The notes: generated by a model from the sequence alone, not told the origin. DNA of 57,179 bases from Oscillospiraceae bacterium (GCA_050252415.1 JBFWKZ010000001.1:1-57179); one strand, 5' to 3'. Numbered from the stretch's first letter, positions 11,596 to 19,795 are shown. A program made the numbers and translations.

Positions 11596-12003
11596 ATGAA
11601 TGCCAATAGTTTTCACCTCGAAATCATCACGCCGGACCGCCAGCTTTTTGTGGGAGAGATCGAGTCCCTCATTATTCCGGCACTGGATGGCCTGCTCGGT
11701 GTTGCCGTCGGACATGAGCCGACGGTGACCGCAATAGAACCGGGTGAGATTAAATACAAGGTCAATGGGAAGTGGAATACTGCGGTTGTCAGTCAGGGCC
11801 TTGCCGAAATTATGCCGGAGTATACCATGGTGCTTGTCGCATCTGCCGAACGCCCTGAAGAGATTGATATTCTCCGGGCGAAGGCGGCGCGGGAGCGTGC
11901 TGAAGAGCATCTGCGTCAAAAGCAAAGTCTTCAGGAGTACCACAATTCAAAAGCGGCGCTGGCCCGAGCAATGGCCCGTCTCAAAGCAAAACGGTCGTCA
12001 TAA
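11596..12003 (+). CDS. atpC: F0F1 ATP synthase subunit epsilon
   Basis: 135 aa, starting immediately after the atpD stop (TAAATG). It has an N-terminal beta-sandwich ('LEIITPDRQLF') and a C-terminal helical hairpin. Confidence 0.9.
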   Translation: MNANSFHLEIITPDRQLFVGEIESLIIPALDGLLGVAVGHEPTVTAIEPGEIKYKVNGKWNTAVVSQGLAEIMPEYTMVLVASAERPEEIDILRAKAARERAEEHLRQKQSLQEYHNSKAALARAMARLKAKRSS

Positions 12004-12012
12004 ATCGGCATC

Positions 12013-12047
12013 AAAAAACCGGAGTGGAAACCCACTCCGGCTTTTTT
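12013..12047. terminator. bidirectional intrinsic terminator (atp operon and the convergent FTR-like gene)
   Basis: aaaaaa-CCGGAGTGG-aaa-CCCACTCCGG-cttttttaa. Perfect GC-rich stem at 12019-12040, flanked by A- and T-runs. Confidence 0.85.
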
Positions 12048-12255
12048 AATCTTTTGACTTGTAATATAGAAGGCAATGACAATAGCCTTCAAATTCGGGA
12101 TCGTTTATCTGATCACGAAACTCCTTGCACATACATTTCGTATCTTCTGTGCGATCAACCCTGCAGGGGCAATAGCCACCCGTGTGCTTCAGGCCGTCTC
12201 TTATGGTAGATACGATTTCTTTATCACTGTTAAGGCGTACCGACAATTTTATCAA
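12046..12255 (-). CDS. ferredoxin-thioredoxin reductase catalytic-subunit-like small CxC protein
   Basis: 69 aa carrying 'GGYCPCR', 'CMC' and 'GYCHC', the cysteine pattern of the FTR catalytic chain family. Confidence 0.65.
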   Translation of the reverse strand: MIKLSVRLNSDKEIVSTIRDGLKHTGGYCPCRVDRTEDTKCMCKEFRDQINDPEFEGYCHCLLYYKSKD

Positions 12256-12629
12256 CTCCTAAAATTCGATTTTTTGGCTCTTCAATCTTTCGATGGGACT
12301 GAAGGCCTACAAGCTTTTAATATGCTCCCCTTTTTGATAAGCACCTAGCGGGAAGCGCTTGACTGGATTTTTTTATTATAATACCATATTTCATTTTAAT
12401 CTACAAGCTGTGTATAAATTTTATTAAGATTTTATTCTTGCTGATGTCACTTCATTATTTTGCTGTCGGTCATCAGTTGAGTATTATATGTAATAAATCG
12501 TTACATTTTGGTAATTATGTAATTTTTTTGAAAAAAAGGGGTTCCCATTTTATAGATCATAAGTTATAATTGTATTTGTAATAATGTCACTATTTATTGA
12601 AATTTTTAGCCATGTGAGGGGTTTATACC

Positions 12630-13832
12630 ATGAAGAATCAAGCGGAATTCGCCTCTGCATATGTTTCATTTCTGGGCGGTTTTCGTATGGAGCATGGCCG
12701 TAACGTGCTCACAGACGAAATAAACCGTTCACTTAAGCTATGGAATGTCTTATGTTACCTCATCATTCACAGGGAACGCAGCGTTCCGCAGTCCGAGCTT
12801 ATCGAGCTTTTTTGGACTGAGGATAACAGCGCCAATCCCTCAAACGCGCTTAAGACGCTGCTCTACCGCCTCCGGGCTATGTTGGAGCCGGCCTTTGGCC
12901 CCGGAGTGCAGCCCATTCTTTCCAAACACGGTTCATATCGATGGAATCCCCAGATAAAATGTGAACTGGATATCGATACCTTCGAGTCATTGTGCAGCAA
13001 TGCCGCTTCTGTGCCGTTGGCAGATGAAAAAATGGCCGTGTACCAAAGCGCTATGGCACTCTATAAGGGCGATTTTATGCCTAAGCTGGGTGGCCAACTC
13101 TGGGCTGTCCCCATTGCCGCACACTATCATATGCTCTATCTGGATGCGGTCAAAAAGTTTATCGAGCTGCTCTGTGACTTTGGCCGTTTTGACGAAATGC
13201 AGGAGGTTTGTTCCCGAGCCACTGAGTTTGAGCCGCTGGACGAGCAGCTGCACATCATGACCATAAAAGCCCTCCTCCGTCAGGGTAAGCACTCATCGGC
13301 TTTGGCTCACTATGAACATGCTACAGACTTGCTGTACCGCAATCTGGGCGTAAAACCATCGGATGAACTCCGAAAACTTTATTCACAAATCATGAACGAG
13401 GAAAAAAGCCTCGAAACCGACCTTGAGGTGATACAAAACGACCTGCGCGAGGCGGCAAAAAAACCAGGCGCCTTCATCTGTGAATATGGTTTCTTCAAAG
13501 AGGCCTATCGCTTGGAAGCCCGGCGAAGCAGCCGCTCCGGCCAGTGTGTCCATGTGGGCCTGATTACCGTGACCAATCAGCAGGGCGGTATCCCCTCACA
13601 AGCCGTTCTGAACACGACGATGGATCAGCTTCAGGAGATACTTATTAAATGTCTTCGCTGCGGCGATGTCGTCGCAAAATACAGCGCGGCACAATTCGTC
13701 CTCCTGTTACCCGCCGCAAATTATGAGGATAGCCTGATGATTATGAACAGGATCGTCACGGCCTTCCATCGCCACTATAGGCTTAATTTTCAGAAACTTT
13801 CCTGCAAAGTAAGAGAGCTGGAGCTATACTAA
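12630..13832 (+). CDS. SARP/BTAD-family transcriptional regulator with a C-terminal degenerate GGDEF-like domain
   Basis: N-terminal OmpR-type winged helix ('LWNVLCYLIIHRERSVPQSELIELFW...LKTLLYRLR'), then a BTAD/TPR-like middle ('YKGDFMP...HYEHATDLLYRNLGVKPSDELRKLY'). The C-terminal ~130 aa resemble a GGDEF fold with 'GDVVAKYSAAQFVLLLP' in place of GGDEF. Confidence 0.75.
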   Translation: MKNQAEFASAYVSFLGGFRMEHGRNVLTDEINRSLKLWNVLCYLIIHRERSVPQSELIELFWTEDNSANPSNALKTLLYRLRAMLEPAFGPGVQPILSKHGSYRWNPQIKCELDIDTFESLCSNAASVPLADEKMAVYQSAMALYKGDFMPKLGGQLWAVPIAAHYHMLYLDAVKKFIELLCDFGRFDEMQEVCSRATEFEPLDEQLHIMTIKALLRQGKHSSALAHYEHATDLLYRNLGVKPSDELRKLYSQIMNEEKSLETDLEVIQNDLREAAKKPGAFICEYGFFKEAYRLEARRSSRSGQCVHVGLITVTNQQGGIPSQAVLNTTMDQLQEILIKCLRCGDVVAKYSAAQFVLLLPAANYEDSLMIMNRIVTAFHRHYRLNFQKLSCKVRELELY

Positions 13833-13833
13833 C

Positions 13834-14571
13834 ATGAACTCGCGCAACAAGTATCATATTTTTCGCTTATTACATTGGCACTTGCCGCGCTTTTCCTGCT
13901 GTGTATCTATCTGCCGGACTTGTTTGCCCCGGAGGAGGACTCTGATCTTGAATACAGGCCAGAGCCAACGGAGGCCATTGCTGAGGAACCCTGTGCCGCT
14001 TAGTACGCCGGACCTTCCGGTGAATGCATCAGCTTTGCCCGACTTGGTGGACGGGCTGCCGGTTGGCCGGCTGATTATAACCGAGGCGCACAGCGAGTAT
14101 GTTGACGCGGCGCTCACATTAAAAATTCCCGCAATTGGGATTAACTACAGTATATAAGGCGGGACCGATTCAACAGCGCTTAGTAAGGGTGCCGGCCTAT
14201 ACAGTGACGCCCAGAAGCTGGTGAGGGGAACCAAAATACGCTCTTGCCGGTCACCAAAACAACATCGTTGACACAAGATCACGGATGCCGCACCGTTTTA
14301 TTATTTTGATATGCTGACAGACGGCGACGATATCTATCTCTATGATTCAGAGCACATTTATCGCCATTTGTGGGAAGCATGTTATGTTGTTGGGGCGGAT
14401 GACTGGAGCCCGATTTATACCACCGGTTATTCCTGCATTGCGATGACTTCCTGCCATCCCATCGGGATATCGGATCGCCGAATCGTCGTGTGCGGCATAC
14501 TTGCCGCCATTATGGAAAACGACGGCAACAATACATTTCCCAAGGCTGCTGCAGAGGAGATGAATCCATGA
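13834..14571 (+). pseudogene. sortase-family transpeptidase pseudogene (multiple frameshifts plus an in-frame stop)
   Basis: Sortase hallmarks are scattered over two frames:
- TM anchor 'FSLITLALAALFLLCIYLP' in frame 3.
- 'LKIPAIGINYSI*GGTDSTALSKGAGLY' in frame 1, with TAA at 14155.
- His motif 'YALAGHQNN' in frame 3.
- 'FYYFDMLTDGDDIYLY...IAMTSCHPIGISDRRIVV' (TxxC...R catalytic Cys/Arg) in frame 1.

I count at least 4 frame changes (about 13860, 13990, 14225 and 14295) and 1 nonsense codon. Confidence 0.7.
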
Positions 14572-15476
14572 AAAAATTATTTTTGAACTTAAAATTTATA
14601 AAGATTATAAGCGTCCTCATAACGATTGCTGTGGTATCGGGACTATCCTTTGCCTCCGCTGCGGAGATTCCCGCCAAGGCGGAGCTTAAACAGGGGGTCA
14701 ATGTAAACGCGAACACCAAGGCGAGTGTCGACTGGTCGAACCTCTCAGAGGGCTCTATCTCCGTAAAATACACGGGCGGGAAGGACGTTCGCATAAAAGT
14801 TCAGATTGCAAAGTCCGGCGGCGTGACCTATACCTACGACCTCAATAATGCCGGCAATTATGAGACGTTCCCTTTGGTTGAGGGCGACGGAACCTATACG
14901 GTCAAGGTATATGAGAATAGCTCGGGCACAAAATATGCCACAGTGTTCAGTACGGCTGTGGACATGACGCTGCGGAATGAGTTCCTGCCGTTTCTATATC
15001 CCAACCAATATGTCAATTACTCAGACGACTCCAAGGTTACCGCCAAAGCAATTGAACTGACTGAAGGACTCGATACGGATATCGATATGCTCTCAGCCGT
15101 TTATAACTACGTTGTCAATAATTTTACATATGATTATGAAAAACTCAATACGGTACAGTCCGGATATCTTCCCGATGTGGACGAGATACTGGAAAGCAAA
15201 ACCGGCATTTGTTTTGACTATGCCGCTGTCATGACGGCGATGCTCAGAGAAGAGGGCGTTCCCTGTAAACTGGTTATCGGCTATGCAGGAACGATCTATC
15301 ACGCATGGGTAAACGTTTATATTCAGGGAAAAGGGTGGATCGATAAAGCAATCTATTTTGATGGCGAGGATTGGAAGCTTATGGACCCGACATTTGCCTC
15401 CAGCGGCAAATCCAGCCCGGCTATCATGCAATATATTGCCAATACTGCAAATTACATGCAGAAATATGCCTACTAA
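14568..15476 (+). CDS. secreted transglutaminase-like (Cys-His-Asp core) domain protein
   Basis: Start at MKKLFLNLKFIKIISVLITIAVVSGLSFASA (signal peptide; ATGA overlap with the end of the sortase remnant). The C-terminal core is 'KTGICFDYAAVMTAMLR...YHAWVNVYI...WKLMDPT'. Confidence 0.8.
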   Translation: MKKLFLNLKFIKIISVLITIAVVSGLSFASAAEIPAKAELKQGVNVNANTKASVDWSNLSEGSISVKYTGGKDVRIKVQIAKSGGVTYTYDLNNAGNYETFPLVEGDGTYTVKVYENSSGTKYATVFSTAVDMTLRNEFLPFLYPNQYVNYSDDSKVTAKAIELTEGLDTDIDMLSAVYNYVVNNFTYDYEKLNTVQSGYLPDVDEILESKTGICFDYAAVMTAMLREEGVPCKLVIGYAGTIYHAWVNVYIQGKGWIDKAIYFDGEDWKLMDPTFASSGKSSPAIMQYIANTANYMQKYAY

Positions 15477-15697
15477 ATCAGCTTAAAGCAGGAGATTTAT
15501 CTCCCGTCCGAAACTGTTGCAAAAGTTCTCAAGGCTTTTTCAGTTGAGGATAGCCGTGCAGGACGCTTACCGCTTTCCTGTGTGAGGAGTACGATTGTCC
15601 CCCTGGTTATGCACCATGCGGTTTCTCATCCGCATAGTTTTTCGACAAGCTGAGGCGGGAGATAATCTCCCGCCCTTCTTAAATAGGAGGTCTTGTT
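15477..15697 (+). promoter_or_regulatory. structured intergenic leader bracketed by two copies of a GGGAGAT-(A/T)2-3-ATCTCC palindrome
   Basis: The palindrome copies are caGGAGATttATCTCCcg (15491-15504) and ggcGGGAGATaaTCTCCCgcc (15654-15674). Between them are further hairpins, CAGGA...TCCTG and ATGCGG...CCGCAT. The second palindrome ends 10 nt before the AGGAGG RBS of the platform gene. Confidence 0.45.
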
Positions 15698-16750
15698 GTG
15701 GAAAAAAAAGTTGGTCCTGCCCTGCCGGCTGAGGACCTGTCTGTGATATGCGCTCAGCTGGCACTTATGCAGGGGGCCGGAATAGGTGCGGAGGATGCCG
15801 TCTCCCTCATGCTTGAGGATGTACCGGCGAAGCATCAGGCAATGCTGAGCGAATTGAACGAAGCGCTGTCCCGTGGTGTTCCGCTCGACGCGGCAATGCG
15901 CGAATGCCGCGTCTTTCCGCCATATATGGTGCAAATGGTGTCTATCGGACTGCTCTCCGGAACCCTGGACCGCGTGCTGAAGTCGCTCTCGGTGTATTAC
16001 CGCAGAGAGGCGGATACCACAGCCGCGATACGCAGAACCGTTGTTTATCCCGCATTTATGGCGATCCTCATAACTGCGGTATTTCTTGTCCTTATTTCAC
16101 GCGTACTCCCTGTTTTCCAACAGGTGTTTTCTCAACTTGGCATCAGTCTCTCGCCGGCGGCGCAGACCATGCTGATGATCGGTTCGGCCAGCCGGCAGAT
16201 CGCCGCTGTTTTTTCCGCTCTTATGGTGCTAGCCGCATTGTTTTTGCTGTATATTCTGAAGACAAAGCGTGGCGCCGCTCTCGGCGCACGCCTTTCACGT
16301 AAGTTGTTTTCGTCGTTTGCTGCCTACAAGGCGGTGGACCGCGGGCATTTTGCAAATGCGATATCGCTCATGCTTTCAAGCGGATTCTCATTGGATGAAG
16401 CGATGGAGAAGAGTGAAGAACTCCTATCGGGCAGCGCGCTGTCATCTGCTGTGGCCAAATGCCGCAAGCTGATGGCCGAAGGTGTCAATTTTCCAAAAGC
16501 GGTCAAGGAGGTCGGCCTTTTTTCAGGGCTTGAGGCGGGGCTTGTATCGGCCGGATTCCGCGCAGGAAACACCGAAAAAGCGATGGATGAACTATCAAAC
16601 CGTGCCCAGAAGGAGTCGCAGGATCGCCTTGATTCCCTGCTTGGCCGGCTGGAGCTGACGCTGGTCATGGTCCTTTGCATCGCAGTTGGTTTTGTTCTGC
16701 TGTCGGTCATGCTGCCGCTTTTAGGCGTTATGACTGCAATAGGGGGATAG
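15698..16750 (+). CDS. type II secretion / type IV pilus platform protein (GspF/PilC/ComGB family)
   Basis: 350 aa, GTG start 7 nt after AGGAGG. It has two repeats of the T2SSF-type unit ('LALMQGAGIGAEDAV...LSGTLDRVLKSL' and 'SLMLSSGFSLDEAM...GNTEKAMDEL'), each followed by TM helices. Confidence 0.8.
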   Translation: MEKKVGPALPAEDLSVICAQLALMQGAGIGAEDAVSLMLEDVPAKHQAMLSELNEALSRGVPLDAAMRECRVFPPYMVQMVSIGLLSGTLDRVLKSLSVYYRREADTTAAIRRTVVYPAFMAILITAVFLVLISRVLPVFQQVFSQLGISLSPAAQTMLMIGSASRQIAAVFSALMVLAALFLLYILKTKRGAALGARLSRKLFSSFAAYKAVDRGHFANAISLMLSSGFSLDEAMEKSEELLSGSALSSAVAKCRKLMAEGVNFPKAVKEVGLFSGLEAGLVSAGFRAGNTEKAMDELSNRAQKESQDRLDSLLGRLELTLVMVLCIAVGFVLLSVMLPLLGVMTAIGG

Positions 16751-16753
16751 CGT

Positions 16754-17059
16754 ATGCGTATTAAGACGGTTGCAAGCCTTCTCGCAGTGCTCATTATATT
16801 GCCGACACTGCTGTTTCTTGCCATTGATGCCCTTGGGGGACGCACCTCTCAGGAGGCGCTTGAAATGACGCGTGAGGGACTGGACAGAGCGGCCGTTCAG
16901 TGCTATGCCTTGGAGGGCTTTTATCCGCCAAGTCTCAGTTATCTTACCGAAAACTATGGCGTTACGGTAGACACTGACCGCTATTTCGTCGATTATCAAT
17001 ATGTTGGCTCCAACCTGATGCCGGACATCACCGTGCTGGATCTCAGTACGATGGGATAA
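16754..17059 (+). CDS. small membrane-anchored protein, pseudopilin-like but without a class III signal
   Basis: 101 aa. N-terminal helix 'VASLLAVLIILPTLLFLAI', then 'AAVQCYALEGFYPPSLSYLTENYG', which is reminiscent of the GspG/ComGC 'G.YP..L..L' segment. No G-F-T-L-x-E motif. Confidence 0.55.
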   Translation: MRIKTVASLLAVLIILPTLLFLAIDALGGRTSQEALEMTREGLDRAAVQCYALEGFYPPSLSYLTENYGVTVDTDRYFVDYQYVGSNLMPDITVLDLSTMG

Positions 17060-17071
17060 GGAGCACATGAT

Positions 17072-17539
17072 ATGAGTGAAAATCCAAGCGTTTTTCGCCG
17101 TATGCTTGTTCCGATACTGTGCGCGGTGTTTTTTTTCTTTGCAATGGCGCTGGCCATTATGAGCAGCAGTATTTACGAAAGAACGGCGAAAGAATCGGAT
17201 ACCAATTATGATCATCGGACAGCTCTGTCCTATCTGGCAAATCAAATCCGGCGGGGTGACCGCGCCGACGCGATAACCATCGGCGGCTTCGACGGCTGTG
17301 AGGCCATTGCCATAAGTGATGATGACGGCTATATCACCTATATCTATTGTCTGGACGGACAGCTCTGCGAGCTTTTTACCGAATCCGGAAGCGGGCTTTT
17401 GCCATCGGACGGAACAAAGCTGCTGCCGCTTGACAGTCTTAAAATCACACTAGAAACCGGCAATATCACCCTGAATGCCGATGGGAATACACTTACGCTT
17501 CACCCCGAATGCGGAGTATTGGAGGTGCCGGAGCTTTGA
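17072..17539 (+). CDS. small membrane-anchored protein of unknown function (pilus-cluster associated)
   Basis: 155 aa. Single N-terminal helix 'MLVPILCAVFFFFAMALAIM', followed by a predicted beta-rich ectodomain. AAGGAG RBS. Confidence 0.55.
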   Translation: MSENPSVFRRMLVPILCAVFFFFAMALAIMSSSIYERTAKESDTNYDHRTALSYLANQIRRGDRADAITIGGFDGCEAIAISDDDGYITYIYCLDGQLCELFTESGSGLLPSDGTKLLPLDSLKITLETGNITLNADGNTLTLHPECGVLEVPEL

Positions 17540-17886
17540 AGAGTGAAATAAGCCGGAGCACCCTGTTTTTGACGGAACTTATCTTCAATTTGCTTATATT
17601 TGTCGTGTGTGCGGCTGTCTGCACGGGCCTTCTGGTACGTGCAAATGGCTTAATGACAAAAAGTACTCAACTCACCGAGGCGGTTTATATCGCACAGACA
17701 CTGGCGGAGAGTGACGTGGCAGACGGGGAATATCACTTCAATGCCGACGGTACGCAGACTGACGGTAACAGCGAGTACACGGCGGTGTGCACACCGGATG
17801 GCGATACCGTCATCATAGCGGTGTTTGCCGGAGGCGATGAGCCGGTGTATACGCTGCGGGCGGCGAACCCGGAGGTGGGAGAATGA
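17536..17886 (+). CDS. pseudopilin-like protein with an atypical N-terminal motif
   Basis: I chose the TTG start at 17536, which lies 10 nt after GGAGG and overlaps the previous stop (TTGA). The N-terminus '(M)KSEISRSTLFLTELIFNLLIFVVCAAV' resembles the prepilin 'G-FTLxE' helix but lacks the Gly at -1. Confidence 0.5.
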   Translation: MKSEISRSTLFLTELIFNLLIFVVCAAVCTGLLVRANGLMTKSTQLTEAVYIAQTLAESDVADGEYHFNADGTQTDGNSEYTAVCTPDGDTVIIAVFAGGDEPVYTLRAANPEVGE

Positions 17887-18263
17887 GAAGGAATACGGCC
17901 GGCGCCCTTGGTATCGGCGTCATAACAATATTCACCGTACTCATCGTGCTGAGCCTGTCTGTGTTCGCTATGCTGACGCTGTCGTCGGCAAGAGCTGATC
18001 TGCATCTCTCGGAGATAAATGCCGACACCGTCTCATCCTATTATGCTGCCGACATTGAGGCGCACAGGCTCTATAATGATTTTGTCTCAAGTGATGAAGA
18101 AGAGCTGGAGGAGGATGTCTTTATGAACGAGACGCAATCTCTTCATCTGCACTTTAAGCGCGATGGTGATAAAGCCATGATATTGGCGTGGAGCACGGTT
18201 TCCGGCTGTGAAGCAGAGATAGATGACGGGCTTAATCTCTGGGATGGCGTTTTAGCCGGGTAA
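17883..18263 (+). CDS. PilX-N/ComGG-like minor-pilin-type membrane-anchored protein
   Basis: 126 aa with an ATGA overlap with the previous gene. 'GALGIGVITIFTVLIVLSLSVFAMLTLSSARADL' resembles the N-terminal segment of PilX/ComGG-type proteins. Confidence 0.5.
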   Translation: MRRNTAGALGIGVITIFTVLIVLSLSVFAMLTLSSARADLHLSEINADTVSSYYAADIEAHRLYNDFVSSDEEELEEDVFMNETQSLHLHFKRDGDKAMILAWSTVSGCEAEIDDGLNLWDGVLAG

Positions 18264-18276
18264 AGGAGAAGTGATC

Positions 18277-19338
18277 ATGCTTGACAAAATACTGGCCAAG
18301 GCGGTTGAGATCGATGCCTCGGATATTTTGATTATTGCGGGTTTGCCCGTATCCTATAAAATTAATGGACAGATATCCAGGGAAAATTCACCTCGGCTGC
18401 TGCCTGAGGATACCCGTATGATCGTGGAGGAGATCTATGCCAAAGCCGGCGGCCGAAATATGGATAAGCTGACGGTGACCGGAGACGATGATTTTTCCTT
18501 CTCGGTACCGGGACTATCGCGTTTTCGGGTAAATGCGCTTAAGCAGCGCGGTTCACTTGGCGTTATCATCCGCGTGGTTACCTTCCATCTTCCGGACCGG
18601 CACAAGCTGGGAATACCGGATATCGTTATGGAATTTGCCTCCTATACCAAAGGAATGGTTCTCATCACCGGCACCGCCGGCAGCGGCAAGACGACGACGC
18701 TGGCCTGTATTATTAATGAGATTAATATGACCCGCAATACCCATATCATAACGATAGAGGATCCCATAGAGTTTTTGCACCAGCATCAGCACAGCGTTGT
18801 CACTCAGCGCGAGATATCGACCGACACCGTGAGTTATGATGTTGCTCTCCGCGCGGCATTGCGCGAGTCACCGGATATCATACTGCTTGGCGAGATGCGC
18901 GATCCGGAAACGATACGCGCAGCCGTGACAGCGGCTGAGACAGGGCACCTTGTCATCTCCACGCTTCATACGATGGGAGCGGCCAACACGGTTGACCGAA
19001 TTATCGACGCATTTCCGCCGGAACAGCAATATCAGATACGCACACAGCTTTCGCAGGTGCTTGAGGGCGTGGTTTCCCAACAGCTGATTACCGCAACCGA
19101 CGGCAGCCTTGTTCCGGCATTTGAGGTCATGCTGGCCAACAGTGCGGTGCGCAATATGATCAGGGAGGCAAAATCTTACCAGCTGGACAGCACAATTTCC
19201 TCGTCCGGTGGGGGCATGATCAGCATGGATCAAAGTCTGCTCCAGCTTGTCAAATCCGGACGTGTGAGTGAGCGTCAAGCGCTGCTAAAGGCCGTAAACC
19301 CTGAGTGGCTTCATAAGCGGCTTGATGCCCTGAGATAA
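18277..19338 (+). CDS. pilT: PilT-type (twitching/retraction-type) hexameric secretion ATPase
   Basis: Signatures are 'ASDILIIAG', 'RFRVNA', Walker A 'GTAGSGKTTTLA', 'IITIEDPIEF', Walker B/Asp box 'PDIILLGEMRD', His box 'ETGHLVISTLHT', and the PilT-specific 'SAVRNMIREAK' (AIRNLIRE motif). The ATG at 18277 is 7 nt after GGAGA; an in-frame GTG at 18271 is also possible. Confidence 0.85.
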   Translation: MLDKILAKAVEIDASDILIIAGLPVSYKINGQISRENSPRLLPEDTRMIVEEIYAKAGGRNMDKLTVTGDDDFSFSVPGLSRFRVNALKQRGSLGVIIRVVTFHLPDRHKLGIPDIVMEFASYTKGMVLITGTAGSGKTTTLACIINEINMTRNTHIITIEDPIEFLHQHQHSVVTQREISTDTVSYDVALRAALRESPDIILLGEMRDPETIRAAVTAAETGHLVISTLHTMGAANTVDRIIDAFPPEQQYQIRTQLSQVLEGVVSQQLITATDGSLVPAFEVMLANSAVRNMIREAKSYQLDSTISSSGGGMISMDQSLLQLVKSGRVSERQALLKAVNPEWLHKRLDALR

Positions 19339-19360
19339 ACTATTCGAGAGGAGAAAAGGT

Positions 19361-19795
19361 ATGAGTACATTTCATCGTGGTAACGCCCGTCTCCGCATTT
19401 GCGTCGACTCATCCGATGGTGGACACATCTCCGGCACGGTTTTCAGTCAGCGGCTGATAAAACCTATGGCGTTTTGTGACCTCGGCAGCCTGATTTTAAG
19501 TGTGGACGACGTGCTTGAGGCACAGAAATTTCCGCAGGCGTTCCAGCGGTCCCGCAGTTTTACGAAAGAGCAAAGAGAATGCCCGATTGCGGCCGATTCC
19601 CCGGAAGACGGAATTGCTGCAGAGCGTGTTGAAGCGGCGCATGGAAAGCTCTTGACCTTTGATATTCTGGTCATCTCCCGACGGAGCTCGTCCTGGCAGG
19701 GATTTATCGATTGGGTAGACGAAAACCGGCGTGAGGAATTTTTCAGCGCACTGGAGATTATCAGACTGGTGGATGCACATCTTTTTGATCGATAA
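19361..19795 (+). CDS. hypothetical soluble protein (last gene of the pilus-like cluster)
   Basis: 144-aa ORF 22 nt after pilT, with a GAGAGGAG RBS. No recognisable motif. It is followed by a strong terminator. Confidence 0.5.
   Translation: MSTFHRGNARLRICVDSSDGGHISGTVFSQRLIKPMAFCDLGSLILSVDDVLEAQKFPQAFQRSRSFTKEQRECPIAADSPEDGIAAERVEAAHGKLLTFDILVISRRSSSWQGFIDWVDENRREEFFSALEIIRLVDAHLFDR

Noticed and set aside
12350-12629. Repeated TGTAAT / ATGTAA-N7-TTACAT motifs upstream of the BTAD regulator gene
   Set aside because: The region is extremely AT-rich, and short A/T hexamer repeats are expected by chance. There is no clear periodic heptad array of the SARP-box type.
15510-15650. c-di-GMP riboswitch in the pilus-cluster leader
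   Set aside because: This would be biologically attractive, but I could not align the sequence to the GEMM-I ('GCACAGGGCAAACC...GGGACGCAAAGCC') or class II cores from memory. I reported it only as an unclassified structured leader.
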